Shown here: positions 38,158 through 49,115 of the stretch, piece after piece
Numbering within the stretch: position 1 is the stretch's first letter
Layout of the letters: the number at the start of each line of letters is the position of its first letter
Source of the DNA: an uncultured Alphaproteobacteria bacterium
Lineage (GTDB): Bacteria > Pseudomonadota > Alphaproteobacteria > HIMB59
DNA: 64,000 bases
Assembly: GCA_902515765.1 (NCBI GenBank)
Contig: CABXVZ010000002.1
Location: forward strand, 2,067 to 66,066
Direction: 5' to 3'
Notes under the pieces: generated by a model
Seen by the model: the letters and a program-made list of their open reading frames with translations, nothing else
Database searches by the model: none
Told to the model about the DNA's origin: nothing
Position numbers and translations under genes: made by a program

Positions 38158-39146
38158 AAATATAAAGGTAACATTTCTTTTAGACCAAGTGATTGGTCTT
38201 CTGAAAACATTAAGTTCATACACTCAACTGCATTACCTGATGCACCTTTAATTAAATTATCTAAGCAAGTCTCAACTACAAAATTATTCTCATCTTTTAT
38301 AGACACTGAAAGATCACAATAGTTAGAGCCAACAACATTAGAAAGCTTTGCCTGTTGTTGAAATCTAACAAAAGGCATATTTATGATGGTTTTTTGAATT
38401 AAACTATTAATTGAATTTACATTAATTTGTTCAGATGTCTCTATGTGAGCAGTTAGATAAATGCCTCTGGTAAATGGTCCAGATAAAGGAACAAAGGACA
38501 ATTTATCACTTAAATTTGGATAGGATTGAAAAATTTCAGCTAGATGTCTGTGCTTATTGATATTGTAAGAAAAAATATCTTTTGAACGAATAGAATGATG
38601 ATTTTTTAAAGAAGGTAATTTTCCACCACCGCTAGAACCTGTAATAGCAGTTATTGAAATATTATTAATAAGTGAGTGAAATGGAAGTATTGCTAATTGG
38701 CTAGCAAGTGCAAAACAACCTGGGTTTGCAATATTAGAAGATTTTTTAATTTCATCTAGGGAAGACTCGATAAAACCATAGGTAAATTTTGATTGAATAC
38801 TAGGGTCAAAAGAAGTTTTATAATAAGACTCATATGAACTAGCATCACTAATTCTAAAATCAGAACTTAAATCAATAATTTTAACTTTATTTAATAATTC
38901 TTTTACATATTCATGAGCTGAACCATGCGGTAAAGATAAAAACACACAATCTAATTCTTTAAAATCATCTAAATTTGATGTTTGAAGTTCATTTAATTTT
39001 AATGAAGAAAGATGAGTAAACTCATCTTCAATTTCAATTTCTCTTTTTAGAATTTTTAAAATTTCAACTTTAGGATGGATTGATAAAATTCTAAGTAGTT
39101 CTAATCCCAAAAAACCATTTGCGCCTATAACTCCAACTCTAATCAT
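38154..39146 (-). CDS. argC: N-acetyl-gamma-glutamyl-phosphate reductase
   Basis: GANGFLG, LPHG, DLSSDFR, ANPGCF, DNLIKGASG. ATG at 39146. Confidence 0.93.
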   Translation of the reverse strand: MIRVGVIGANGFLGLELLRILSIHPKVEILKILKREIEIEDEFTHLSSLKLNELQTSNLDDFKELDCVFLSLPHGSAHEYVKELLNKVKIIDLSSDFRISDASSYESYYKTSFDPSIQSKFTYGFIESSLDEIKKSSNIANPGCFALASQLAILPFHSLINNISITAITGSSGGGKLPSLKNHHSIRSKDIFSYNINKHRHLAEIFQSYPNLSDKLSFVPLSGPFTRGIYLTAHIETSEQINVNSINSLIQKTIINMPFVRFQQQAKLSNVVGSNYCDLSVSIKDENNFVVETCLDNLIKGASGNAVECMNLMFSEDQSLGLKEMLPLYL

Positions 39147-40185
39147 TATTAATCCTATTAATAATTTTAGCAAAAACGTTTACATGATTAGAAGAATTAT
39201 AAATATTTAAGTAATCTGAATTATCTAGAGTAAATTTTTCAAAAGATTGTTTAAAAGCAGAGACATTATTAGTAACAGGACCACTAATTATTAGAAGTTT
39301 ATTTTCTAAATTATTAGATTTTAAATTTTCGATAATATTAACCGCTCCGGAGATATCGTATGCACATATAATGATAACTTCAATGGAATTGGTAATATCT
39401 TTATTTTGAATGATCTCTTTTGTTCCATAATCGCCATGATATCCATCTCCTAACTCCATTAGCAAAATATCTGCTCCCTCTGATATATGATTAATTATGG
39501 ACGATGAGCAATCTTGAATAACAGATTTATCTGTCATGCAAGTACTTGGAAGGCCATAATCTACGAAATCAGATGTTTTAAATGCTCCATTGTCCTCATA
39601 GGAATAAAGGTCTTTTTGGGATGCTGTTCCAGCTAGTTTGCAAGCATTAATCTTCTCATAATACTTATTTAAAGTTTTGATAATGAATGATGTGACGGTA
39701 GTTTTTCCTGAGTCAATACCAGTGCCAATTACAGCAATTGAGGGAACTTGATTAACATTTTTATTTATTTTAATTTTTGAAAAATATTGAAGATTCAATT
39801 GTTTGTTAGAATTATCTATAATTGATCCAAGCACTTCACATTCCGTTGCGGGCCCTAAAAGTATATTGAAATCTTTACATGTTCCAATGACGCCGCCTAG
39901 ATTTAATACATGAATTTTATCATGTTTATTCAATTCTTCTGGAACTGTGCCAGTCATTCCTGATGATGCTATTCTATTGCCCAACGCTCCTATAATGACA
40001 TCTCCCTCGGTTAATTCAGTAATTCTTCCAGATACTAGCTCTAATTTATTGTAATTAGGATTTACAGAAATTACCTTAACTGCAATTAACTGGCCTATTT
40101 TACAGTCAATTTCATCAAAAATACTTAGTTCATCTATATTATTGATGTTCTTAAGAACTGAGCCAATTTTTTTTGTATTAATCAT
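39139..40185 (-). CDS. DUF1611-like P-loop protein in the arg operon
   Basis: GALGNR, LNLGGVIG, Walker-A-like GTGIDSGKTT, KLAGTA, DFVDYGLPST, ELGDG. Its stop overlaps the argC start. Confidence 0.65.
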   Translation of the reverse strand: MINTKKIGSVLKNINNIDELSIFDEIDCKIGQLIAVKVISVNPNYNKLELVSGRITELTEGDVIIGALGNRIASSGMTGTVPEELNKHDKIHVLNLGGVIGTCKDFNILLGPATECEVLGSIIDNSNKQLNLQYFSKIKINKNVNQVPSIAVIGTGIDSGKTTVTSFIIKTLNKYYEKINACKLAGTASQKDLYSYEDNGAFKTSDFVDYGLPSTCMTDKSVIQDCSSSIINHISEGADILLMELGDGYHGDYGTKEIIQNKDITNSIEVIIICAYDISGAVNIIENLKSNNLENKLLIISGPVTNNVSAFKQSFEKFTLDNSDYLNIYNSSNHVNVFAKIINRINND

Positions 40186-40261
40186 TTTAAGGTTTGTTTT
40201 TATATAATTATCAAAAATATAAGCAATATTTTATTTATGAATATTTAATAAAATAGCCAAT

Positions 40262-41449
40262 TTAGAGGTTTAAATTACGAACATTTTTAGCAGCTTGCCT
40301 TATTCTCTGTTCATTTTCTACCAAGCCTATTCTAACAAAACCTTCACCATATTCACCAAACGCAATACCTGGAGATACAGCCACATTAGCTTTTGTCATC
40401 AAATCTTTTGCAAACTTCAGAGATCCTTTATTTTGATATTTTTTAGGTACAGGGGCCCAGGCAAACATACTAGCTTTCGGGCTGGGTATTTCCCATCCTG
40501 ACCGAGACATCGACTCAACCATAACATTTCTTCTACTTTCATAAATAGATCTAATCTCAGAAACACAAGACTGAGATCCATTAAGAGCCGTTGCAGCAGC
40601 AACTTGAACAGGAGTAAATGCTCCGTAATCTAAATAGGATTTTATTTTAGTGAGAGCTTCAATTAGTTTTTTATTGCCTACTGCAAAACCAATTCTCCAA
40701 CCAGCCATAGCATATGTTTTAGACATTGAGGTAAACTCAACGGCAATTTGTTTGGCCTTATTAACTTGTAAAATTGAAGGGGGTGGACTTTTATCAAAAT
40801 ATATTTCAGCGTAAGCTAGATCTGATAAAACATAAACGTTATACTTTAAGGCAATTTTAATAATTTCTTTATAAAAATCTAAATCCACTACTTGCGCAGT
40901 AGGATTTGAGGGAAAGGATACTATTAAAGCAACAGGTGTAGGTGAGCTATGCCTTATGGATCTATCTAGTCTTTCTAAGTAAGACTCAGGATCAAATTTC
41001 CCATCTGTCATTGTTTGAAGATGTCTTAAAGAGGCTCCAGCTATAATAAAACCATAAGGATGTATAGGGTAAGAAGGATTAGGAGAAACAATTATATCTC
41101 CTGGTGAAGAAATAGCCTGTGCTAGGTTAGCTAGCCCCTCTTTAGAGCCAAGTGTTACAACAACTTCATTTTCAGGGTTTAATTTGACACCAAATCTTTT
41201 TTCATAATATTTAGCTTGAGCTTTTCTTAGACCAGGAATTCCCCTACTCATTGAATATCTTCCTGTACCTGGTTTATCACTAACTTCTTTTAACTTATCC
41301 CTAATATGTTTAGGGGTTGGCATATCTGGATTGCCCATACCAAAATCGATTATATCTTTGCCTTCTTTTCTTAACTTGGCTTTAAGTTTATTAATCTCAC
41401 CAAAAATATAGGGAGGTAATCTATCAATACGACTAAATTCTTTTTTCAC
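40262..41449 (-). CDS. alaC: class I PLP aminotransferase (AlaC-like)
   Basis: RLPPYIF, DFGMGNPD, SMSKTYAMAGWRIG, KSYLDYG, VENEQRIRQA. Confidence 0.85.
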   Translation of the reverse strand: MKKEFSRIDRLPPYIFGEINKLKAKLRKEGKDIIDFGMGNPDMPTPKHIRDKLKEVSDKPGTGRYSMSRGIPGLRKAQAKYYEKRFGVKLNPENEVVVTLGSKEGLANLAQAISSPGDIIVSPNPSYPIHPYGFIIAGASLRHLQTMTDGKFDPESYLERLDRSIRHSSPTPVALIVSFPSNPTAQVVDLDFYKEIIKIALKYNVYVLSDLAYAEIYFDKSPPPSILQVNKAKQIAVEFTSMSKTYAMAGWRIGFAVGNKKLIEALTKIKSYLDYGAFTPVQVAAATALNGSQSCVSEIRSIYESRRNVMVESMSRSGWEIPSPKASMFAWAPVPKKYQNKGSLKFAKDLMTKANVAVSPGIAFGEYGEGFVRIGLVENEQRIRQAAKNVRNLNL

Positions 41450-41506
41450 TCTTTTAAAATAGTTATTTTTTAAGATATCTGAAGTATAAAAAAGTAATTA
41501 TGCAAA

Positions 41507-42694
41507 CTAAGTATATTGGCCAGCAACATAGCCTGAAGACCAGGCCCATTGAAAATTATACCCACCTAGATGACCTGTCACATCGACTACCTCACCAATA
41601 AAGAATAAACCAGAGTGCTCATTCGACATCATAGTTTTAGAGGAAAGATCATTAGTATCGACTCCTCCCAAAGTTACTTCAGCTGTTCGGTATCCTTCTG
41701 TGCCAGTTGGTTTTAGTTTCCAAGAGTTTAAAAATGAAGCTAAATTTAACAATACTTTATTAGGTATATCTGAAATCTTTCCTTTGATTTTTAAATTATT
41801 ACTTATAGCTACAGCAAGCCTTTTTGGAATAATATCTGAAATTATTGATATTAGATCTTGTTTGGAATGAGATTTTTTTTTATCTTCTAAAAATTGATAA
41901 ACATTTAAACTGGGACATAAATTGATATCAATTTCATTAGTCAATTTCCAATAGGAAGAAATTTGTAAAATAGATGGACCACTTAATCCACGATGGGTAA
42001 AAAGCATTCCCTCTTTAAAAAAAGTCTTACCATAAGAAACAATTGCATCTTGGGATATTCCAGTAAGTTCTTTACACATCTTTAAAATATTGTCACTAAA
42101 TGTTAATGGTACTAAGGCAGCTGAAGGATTAATGATTTCTAAACCAAATTTTTTTGCTATATCGTATCCAAATTTTGTAGCTCCAATTTTAGGCACTGAA
42201 AGTCCACCTGTAGAAACTACTAGAGAAGAACTAGTATATGAAGTATCTCCTGAATCGATAGAGTAGAAATTTTCATTTTTGATAATATTAGATACTATTT
42301 TCTCTTTTATAAGAGTTACCCCTGATTTTTCACATTCAGCTAATAGCATATCAATTATTTGCTGAGAACTCTCATCACAGAAAAGTTGACCTAATTTTTT
42401 TTCATGAAACTTAATTTTATGAGACTCAACTAATTTTATAAAGTCATACTGAGTATATTGACTTAAAGCTGAAACCATAAATTTATTATTTTTAGATATG
42501 AATTTAGAATGATGAGTATTGAGATTTGTAAAATTACACCTACCCCCTCCTGAAATTCTTATTTTCTCTCCTATTTTTTTTGAATGATCAATTACTAGTA
42601 CTGACTTTCCTCTTTTACCAGACTCCATAGCACAGATAAGACCTGCAGCACCCGCGCCGATGATTATAACATCAAAATGATTATCTATTTTCAT
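41507..42694 (-). CDS. HI0933/BaiN family flavoprotein
   Basis: GAGAAG, ISGGGRCNFTN, FTHRGLSGP, GGYNFQWAWSSG. Confidence 0.93.
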   Translation of the reverse strand: MKIDNHFDVIIIGAGAAGLICAMESGKRGKSVLVIDHSKKIGEKIRISGGGRCNFTNLNTHHSKFISKNNKFMVSALSQYTQYDFIKLVESHKIKFHEKKLGQLFCDESSQQIIDMLLAECEKSGVTLIKEKIVSNIIKNENFYSIDSGDTSYTSSSLVVSTGGLSVPKIGATKFGYDIAKKFGLEIINPSAALVPLTFSDNILKMCKELTGISQDAIVSYGKTFFKEGMLFTHRGLSGPSILQISSYWKLTNEIDINLCPSLNVYQFLEDKKKSHSKQDLISIISDIIPKRLAVAISNNLKIKGKISDIPNKVLLNLASFLNSWKLKPTGTEGYRTAEVTLGGVDTNDLSSKTMMSNEHSGLFFIGEVVDVTGHLGGYNFQWAWSSGYVAGQYT

Positions 42695-42716
42695 TAGAAA
42701 GAGATAAATTTAGAAA

Positions 42717-43508
42717 TTATTTTACCTCAATCTCCCCTCTTAGAAAAGTAACTGCTTCTCCTCCAATAGACACTCTTTCACGATTATTGGTGCAATAAAT
42801 TCTACCACCTCTTTCTGAGAGCTGATGGGCTATCATTTCTTTTTTATTAAGTTGATCAGACCAATAAGGGATTAATTCACAATGAGTAGATCCAGTAACA
42901 GGATCTTCGGGGATACCTAATCTAGGAGCGAAATTCCTTGATACAAAATCAACATCTCTGCCAATAGAAGTAGCTACAACTGATGGAAATTCAAATTGCT
43001 TTAGCTTCTCCATATCCGGAATAATAGATCTGATTTCATCTTCATTATCATAAATAGCTATTAAATCTCTATATGTAAAAACTTTAATAGGTTTTTTACC
43101 TAAAGCTTCGTGAAGTTGTGATAAATCAAAATCTTCTAATAATCTTGGGGGTCTTGAGGGAAAATTCATTTGATAAAGATTGTCTTTAAATATTACATTT
43201 AAAATATCACCAAGATGAGTTTTAAATATTAGTTTATTCTTATCTATATTAAATTCTTTTAGAATAATATGCGCGGAAGCAAGCGTTGGATGACCAGCAA
43301 GGTCCATTTCTGCTTTTGGAGTAAACCATCTGATATAATACTCTTCATTTTCTTCAACATAAAATGCTGTTTCAGATAAATTATTTTCCATAGCAATATT
43401 TTGCATTATTTGGTCTGGCAACCATTCTTTGAGTGGGCAGACAGCAGCTGGATTACCTTTAAATACATCTGATGTAAATGCATCAACTTGATAAATGGGA
43501 ATTTTCAT
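42717..43508 (-). CDS. PhzF family protein
   Basis: VDAF, GNPAAV, NLSETAF, EDPVTGS. Confidence 0.93.
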   Translation of the reverse strand: MKIPIYQVDAFTSDVFKGNPAAVCPLKEWLPDQIMQNIAMENNLSETAFYVEENEEYYIRWFTPKAEMDLAGHPTLASAHIILKEFNIDKNKLIFKTHLGDILNVIFKDNLYQMNFPSRPPRLLEDFDLSQLHEALGKKPIKVFTYRDLIAIYDNEDEIRSIIPDMEKLKQFEFPSVVATSIGRDVDFVSRNFAPRLGIPEDPVTGSTHCELIPYWSDQLNKKEMIAHQLSERGGRIYCTNNRERVSIGGEAVTFLRGEIEVK

Positions 43509-43578
43509 AAAGTTAAAATTAATTTTTTAGTGAACATTATGAAAATAAATTATTCTAAATATGAGTCAATCTGTTTAA

Positions 43579-44622
43579 TTAGATTTTAATGGTTGCTCCA
43601 TGCTGAATAGCAACAAATTCTTCAGTTGGCATTTTTTTTTCTCTAGTTAATTTTTTTAGTTTTTCTAACGGCTCTCTCATAGGCTCATCAGTAAGAATAA
43701 AAGTTCCCCAATGCATTCCAATTGATCGTTTAGAATGCAGATCATGGTGAATTTGTATAGCTTCTTCTACGTTACAATGATGATCTTTCATAAACCATCT
43801 TGGTTCATATGCCCCGATAGGTAAGAGGGAAAGATCCATGTCTTCAAATTTATTTTGAATATCTGCAAAATCTTTCGAATAACCTGTATCACCACAAAAG
43901 AAAACACGAAATTTATTTTTTTCTATAACCCATCCACACCAAAGAGTTTTGTTGGTATCACTTAATGACCTTTTACTCCAATGTTGAACAGGAACTGAAT
44001 GAAATTTAAGATTTTTGAAAATAGTACTCTCCCACCAATTCATACCCTTGACATTTTTGGCTCCCCACTTTTCTAAAAGTTTATTGAGTTTTAATGGTGT
44101 AAAAATAACAGGCTGTATTTTTTGAGATTTAAGAATGCCTTTAATACTTCCTTTATCTAGATGATCATAGTGATTATGAGAAATCAAAATAACATCAATC
44201 TTAGGTAGATCTTCCAAACGAATACCAGGAGGGGTAGTCCTCAGCGGACCTGCAAAACTTAAAGGAGATGCTCTTTTTGTAAAATGAGGATCTGTAAGTA
44301 TATTTAAACCATTAATTTGAATTAAAAATGATGCGTGGCCAATAAAAGTTAAAGTGTTTTCTGTCCTATTAGATTGAAGAAATTCTGTATCATTTTTAGC
44401 TAATGGGAAAGAAATGGGATCAATTTTAATTTCTTTACGTTCTTTTCTCCATTTCCAAAAGTCTTTTGATGACTTTTGATCGTAAGGTAAGTAGTTATTT
44501 AAAAAAATTCCATCTTTAAAATTAGATTTTTGAAATACTTGTTTTGACATCAACTTATTTGGTATTGCTAATAATCCAAGAAGTGAAAGTAAAATTTTTT
44601 TTATAAATTTTCTTCTCTTCAC
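43579..44622 (-). CDS. MBL-fold hydrolase, NAPE-PLD/RomA-like, Tat signal
   Basis: KRRKFIK, SHNHYDHLD, GDTGY, PIGAYEPRW, HWGTF. Confidence 0.9.
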   Translation of the reverse strand: MKRRKFIKKILLSLLGLLAIPNKLMSKQVFQKSNFKDGIFLNNYLPYDQKSSKDFWKWRKERKEIKIDPISFPLAKNDTEFLQSNRTENTLTFIGHASFLIQINGLNILTDPHFTKRASPLSFAGPLRTTPPGIRLEDLPKIDVILISHNHYDHLDKGSIKGILKSQKIQPVIFTPLKLNKLLEKWGAKNVKGMNWWESTIFKNLKFHSVPVQHWSKRSLSDTNKTLWCGWVIEKNKFRVFFCGDTGYSKDFADIQNKFEDMDLSLLPIGAYEPRWFMKDHHCNVEEAIQIHHDLHSKRSIGMHWGTFILTDEPMREPLEKLKKLTREKKMPTEEFVAIQHGATIKI

Positions 44623-44710
44623 TTCTTAAATCTTAATATATTTTTATTATACAAAGTTAATTTTATTCTAGTAACAATTTTATTTAAATCATATTTTAAT
44701 TTCATATTTA

Positions 44711-44917
44711 TCAATAATGAGGTGGGATTTGATTTCCTTTATCTATATTTGTCTCTAGCTCTTGTTGTAATTCAATTATTCTTTTTTTTAATTTAGTAAC
44801 TTCATTTTTTAAATTAGCAATTTCACTTTGCTGATTAAAAACCTCATCACTTATTTGAGATAATTCTTTTTGGAGAAAAGATGTAATTTCTTCTAAATTT
44901 TTAATATCATTATTCAT
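44711..44917 (-). CDS. slyX: SlyX family protein
   Basis: Coiled coil ending in PPHY; ATG at 44917. Confidence 0.85.
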   Translation of the reverse strand: MNNDIKNLEEITSFLQKELSQISDEVFNQQSEIANLKNEVTKLKKRIIELQQELETNIDKGNQIPPHY

Positions 44918-44925
44918 GATAAATA

Positions 44926-46464
44926 TTATTCCCACTCAATAGTAGATGGAGGTTTACTTGTAATATCATAAAGAACCTTATTTACTCTCGGGACACCATT
45001 TACTATCTTAGTAGCTACCTCGGAAAGAGTAATTATATCAATAGAAGTAACATCAGCAGTCATTCCATCAACAGAATTAATACATCTAAGTACACATGTT
45101 TCTTCATAAGTTCTTTCATCGCCCATAACACCTACTGATTTAACAGGAAGCAATACTGCAAACGCTTGCCAAGATTTTTGGTATAAATCTTTCTCAATTA
45201 AAAAGTTTATGAATATTTCATCTATCTCTCTAAGAGTATCTAATCTTTGTCTGTTGACCTTACCTATACACCTTATTCCTAGTCCAGGGCCTGGAAAAGG
45301 ATGGCGATTAACAAATTTTGGTTCCAACTTGTAATAAATGCCTAATCTTCTAACTTCATCCTTAAAAAGCTCTCTAAAGGGCTCAATTACGTCAAATTTA
45401 AGGTCTTTTGGCAAACCTCCAACATTATGATGGGATTTAATAGTTACACTTTTTCCCCCATAATATGAACGACTTTCAATAATATCTGTGTAAAGAGTAC
45501 CTTGTGCAAGATAGAAATCTTTTTGGGATAGTTTTCTTATATATTCAGAAAAGACATCTATAAACAAACCTCCAATAATTTTTCTTTTCTGCTCTGGGTC
45601 TGTAACATTTTTTAATTTTTTTAAGAATAAATGTTCTGAATTAATAATATTTAGCTTTAAATTAAACGACTTAAAAACTGCTTTTATATTTTTAACATCA
45701 TATTTTCTTAGTAGCCCATTATTAACAAAAATAAAATGAACATTATCAAGTTTCACTGACTTTGATAAAGCAAAAGCTAGAACAGTTGAGTCTACCCCAC
45801 CTGAAACAGCACAAATAATATTGGGTTTTTTTTCTTTAACATTTATTCTAAAGTATCTTCCAATAGTTTGATGGAGATCAGTATTTCTCCAGTTTTGTTT
45901 TAATTGACAAATATCAAATAAATAATTTTTTAAAATCTGAGTTCCAAACTCTGTATGTGTCACTTCACAATGAAATTGGATAGCGTATATATTTTTTTTG
46001 TAAATAGCTGCTGGTATTTTATTTTTAGTCTTTGCTAAAACCTTAAATCCTTTTGGTATTTTAGTTAAACTGTCACCATGAGACATCCAAACTTGTTGGT
46101 CTAAATTAGTATCTTTAAAAAAATCATTTTTAGTAATTTTAATAATAGTTTTTCCATATTCTCTTTGATTGCTTTTTTCAATTACACCAGCAAATTCCTT
46201 TGATATGTATTGAAATCCATAGCAGATACCTAGTATTGGAATAGGTATTTGGTCGAGAGGAATATCTATTTTAGGTGAGTTTTTATTTAAGACAGAGTCT
46301 GGCCCTCCTGATAAAATTAATACAGAGTGATTTAAAATATTAGTAACGTTGTTAAGATATTTTGGAGGGTATATTTCGGCATAGATACCTAATTCACGAA
46401 TTTTTCTTCCTATTAAATGTGTATATTGAGATCCAAAATCGATAATTAAAACTGATTTATTCAA
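44926..46464 (-). CDS. guaA: GMP synthase (glutamine-hydrolysing)
   Basis: DFGSQY, GICYG, SGGVDS, IKSHHNVGG, HPFPGPG, KPPSTIEWE. Confidence 0.97.
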   Translation of the reverse strand: MNKSVLIIDFGSQYTHLIGRKIRELGIYAEIYPPKYLNNVTNILNHSVLILSGGPDSVLNKNSPKIDIPLDQIPIPILGICYGFQYISKEFAGVIEKSNQREYGKTIIKITKNDFFKDTNLDQQVWMSHGDSLTKIPKGFKVLAKTKNKIPAAIYKKNIYAIQFHCEVTHTEFGTQILKNYLFDICQLKQNWRNTDLHQTIGRYFRINVKEKKPNIICAVSGGVDSTVLAFALSKSVKLDNVHFIFVNNGLLRKYDVKNIKAVFKSFNLKLNIINSEHLFLKKLKNVTDPEQKRKIIGGLFIDVFSEYIRKLSQKDFYLAQGTLYTDIIESRSYYGGKSVTIKSHHNVGGLPKDLKFDVIEPFRELFKDEVRRLGIYYKLEPKFVNRHPFPGPGLGIRCIGKVNRQRLDTLREIDEIFINFLIEKDLYQKSWQAFAVLLPVKSVGVMGDERTYEETCVLRCINSVDGMTADVTSIDIITLSEVATKIVNGVPRVNKVLYDITSKPPSTIEWE

Positions 46465-47930
46465 TTGGAACGATAATTTGGTGCTTCTTTTGTTACTTGT
46501 ACACCATGAACATGGCTTTCATTAATTCCTGAATTTGTTAAACGAACAAACTTGGCATTCTTCTTTAATACAGTAAGGTTTTTAGAACCTGTATATCCCA
46601 TACCCGATCTCAGACCACCTGTTAACTGGAATAAAACATTAGAAACTTGACCTTTATATGGAATTCTTCCCTCTATGCCCTCTGGTACTAACTTAATAGA
46701 CTCATTTATTTCATCTTGAAAATATCGATCTGCAGAACCTCTGGCCATAGCACCTAAAGAACCCATTCCTCTGTAGGATTTATATGATCTTCCTTGAAAA
46801 AGGAAAACCTCTCCAGGAGACTCATCAGTACCAGCAAATAAAGATCCAGCCATTATACAATTAGCTCCTGCTGCTAAAGCTTTGACAATATCTCCAGAAT
46901 ATCTAATTCCTCCATCTGAAATCATAGGTACTTTATTTTTGCTAGTTATGGATGCGATGTCTTGAATAGCAGTAAACTGAGGAACTCCTACTCCCGCTAC
47001 TATTCTTGTGGTACATATTGATCCTGGGCCAATGCCTATTTTAATTGCATCCGCTCCTAATTTAATTAGGTCTTTTGCTGCTTCTGGAGTAGCAATGTTA
47101 CCAACAACTATGGGTAATTGAATTTTTTTTCTGATTTTTTTAAAAGACTCTAAAACTGTTGAAGAATGACCATGTGCAGTATCAATAAATAATATATCCA
47201 CACCTGCTTTATCTAATTCTATAGCCCTTAATAAATCATTGGGTTTACTTCCAATGGCAGCTCCAACGAGTAATTGTCCATTTTTATCTCTGACAGAATT
47301 TGGAAATTTTTCACCTCTTTGAATATCTTTAACAGTAATTAAGCCAATACATTTCTTATTGTTGTCAGTGACAACTAACTTTTCAATCCTATTTTCTTGT
47401 AAAAGTTTTTTAGCCAATCCAAATGATGACATAGCTTTAGATTGAGTTTTAGTAATAGAGATTACCTTTTTAGTCATTAAATCTTTGACTTTAGTTTTTT
47501 TGTTAATCACAAAACGAACATCTCTATTAGTAATGATACCTAAAAGAGTATTATCTTTATCGACAACAGGGAAACCAGAAATTTTATGTTCTTGCATTAC
47601 ATTTAAGACATCTTCAATAGTATTATTGGGGTTCATAGTGATAGGGTTATAAACAATACCCGCTTCATATCTTTTAACTTTATTTACTTCAAAACTTTGT
47701 GCTTCTATATCAAAGTTTTTATGTATCACACCTAAGCCACCATTTTGAGACATTGATATAGCCATTTTAGATTCAGTAACTGTATCCATAGCTGCAGATA
47801 CAATTGGAATATTTAATGATATATCTCTCGTTAAATTGGTAGAAATATCAACGTTATTTGGGAGTATATTTGAAGACTGAGGTTTTAGTAAAACATCGTC
47901 AAATGTTAAGTATTCTTTTACTTGAGCCAT
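46461..47930 (-). CDS. guaB: IMP dehydrogenase
   Basis: [19 protein letters not shown] pair, [17 protein letters not shown]. Confidence 0.98.
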   Translation of the reverse strand: MAQVKEYLTFDDVLLKPQSSNILPNNVDISTNLTRDISLNIPIVSAAMDTVTESKMAISMSQNGGLGVIHKNFDIEAQSFEVNKVKRYEAGIVYNPITMNPNNTIEDVLNVMQEHKISGFPVVDKDNTLLGIITNRDVRFVINKKTKVKDLMTKKVISITKTQSKAMSSFGLAKKLLQENRIEKLVVTDNNKKCIGLITVKDIQRGEKFPNSVRDKNGQLLVGAAIGSKPNDLLRAIELDKAGVDILFIDTAHGHSSTVLESFKKIRKKIQLPIVVGNIATPEAAKDLIKLGADAIKIGIGPGSICTTRIVAGVGVPQFTAIQDIASITSKNKVPMISDGGIRYSGDIVKALAAGANCIMAGSLFAGTDESPGEVFLFQGRSYKSYRGMGSLGAMARGSADRYFQDEINESIKLVPEGIEGRIPYKGQVSNVLFQLTGGLRSGMGYTGSKNLTVLKKNAKFVRLTNSGINESHVHGVQVTKEAPNYRSN

Positions 47931-47971
47931 GGCCGATAATAGTTTTTTTTAAATTAAAATCAAGAGTTGAA

Positions 47972-48316
47972 CTAAGAAAGCTTTCTTCCATCATTCAAGC
48001 CAGCCTTATAGTCTAGTGGGTCCACATCATCCAAGCATCCCAGATTAACACCCATGCCATTAGGATCTGTTCGTCTGTTATGATGTGTATAGATACCACA
48101 GTGTTTACAAAAGAAATGTTCAGCTAAATTTAAATTAAACTGATAAGTAGAAATATCGGCATCACCTTTTGTTAGTTTAAAATTATTTTTTGGTACCATA
48201 ATCATTTTTGCATTTTTTCTAATACAAATTGAACAATTACATTGCATGATTTTATCTAAGTCAGATTCAATTTCAAATTCAATAGCTTTGCAATGACATG
48301 ATCCCTTATGAAGCAT
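47972..48316 (-). CDS. GFA/CENP-V family zinc protein
   Basis: GSCHC, CNCSIC, FCKHCG. Confidence 0.9.
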   Translation of the reverse strand: MLHKGSCHCKAIEFEIESDLDKIMQCNCSICIRKNAKMIMVPKNNFKLTKGDADISTYQFNLNLAEHFFCKHCGIYTHHNRRTDPNGMGVNLGCLDDVDPLDYKAGLNDGRKLS

Positions 48317-49115
48317 TACGATGAGCTCTAAAGAAATCTTTTAATAAATTTTTAGTATCACTGGCTGTTTCTAATACAGACATATGACCAGACTCTTCTA
48401 GGATTACTGATTTAGAGTCCTTTATTTTGGATGCTAACTCCACTCCAACTTTTTTGGGTGTCATTTTATCGTGTTTGCCAATTATACATAAAGTAGGATG
48501 TTTGATGTTTGAAGCTGCGGCTTCTCCATTGGTATATTGATCACAAGCATTAAAATCTACTCCTAGTGTTCCATTATTATTTGAAGATACTAGCTGATTG
48601 CCCATTCCCATATGACTTAATCCTGGTACAGGATGTCCTCCTTTATGTCCTAAAGGTCCATGAACCCAATCCATCATAAGGTCAACTGCCTTTTGATCTT
48701 TATTAATAGCTAATTCTAAAAGTTCAGAATTCATTTTCATAGATAAAGACCCATTTATCAATGCAAGTAGCTCCAATTTATCAGGATGTCTTTCGGCAAA
48801 CTCTAAACCAACCAAACACCCTTGAGAATGACCCACGTAAGAAGTCTTATTTATACCAAGAGAGTTGATTAAATCAGCGATCCAATCCGCCATTTCTTCA
48901 ATTGTATTTAAAGCAGGTCCTTCAGACTCTCCATGTCCAGGTAAATCTACAGCTATTGTGTTGTATCCATGAAAAGCAAAGTACCTAGTTTGAAGAACCC
49001 AAGTAACATGAGTTAAACCACTTCCGTGGACAAAGACTATAGTTGGTTGATTTTTATCTATCTCTCTTCCACTAGAAGTGTAGTAGGCATCTTTACCGTT
49101 TATTTTTACCTTCAT
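48306..49115 (-). CDS. alpha/beta hydrolase
   Basis: VHGSG, DLPGHG, GHSQG nucleophile elbow, D and H triad residues. Confidence 0.9.
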   Translation of the reverse strand: MKVKINGKDAYYTSSGREIDKNQPTIVFVHGSGLTHVTWVLQTRYFAFHGYNTIAVDLPGHGESEGPALNTIEEMADWIADLINSLGINKTSYVGHSQGCLVGLEFAERHPDKLELLALINGSLSMKMNSELLELAINKDQKAVDLMMDWVHGPLGHKGGHPVPGLSHMGMGNQLVSSNNNGTLGVDFNACDQYTNGEAAASNIKHPTLCIIGKHDKMTPKKVGVELASKIKDSKSVILEESGHMSVLETASDTKNLLKDFFRAHRNAS

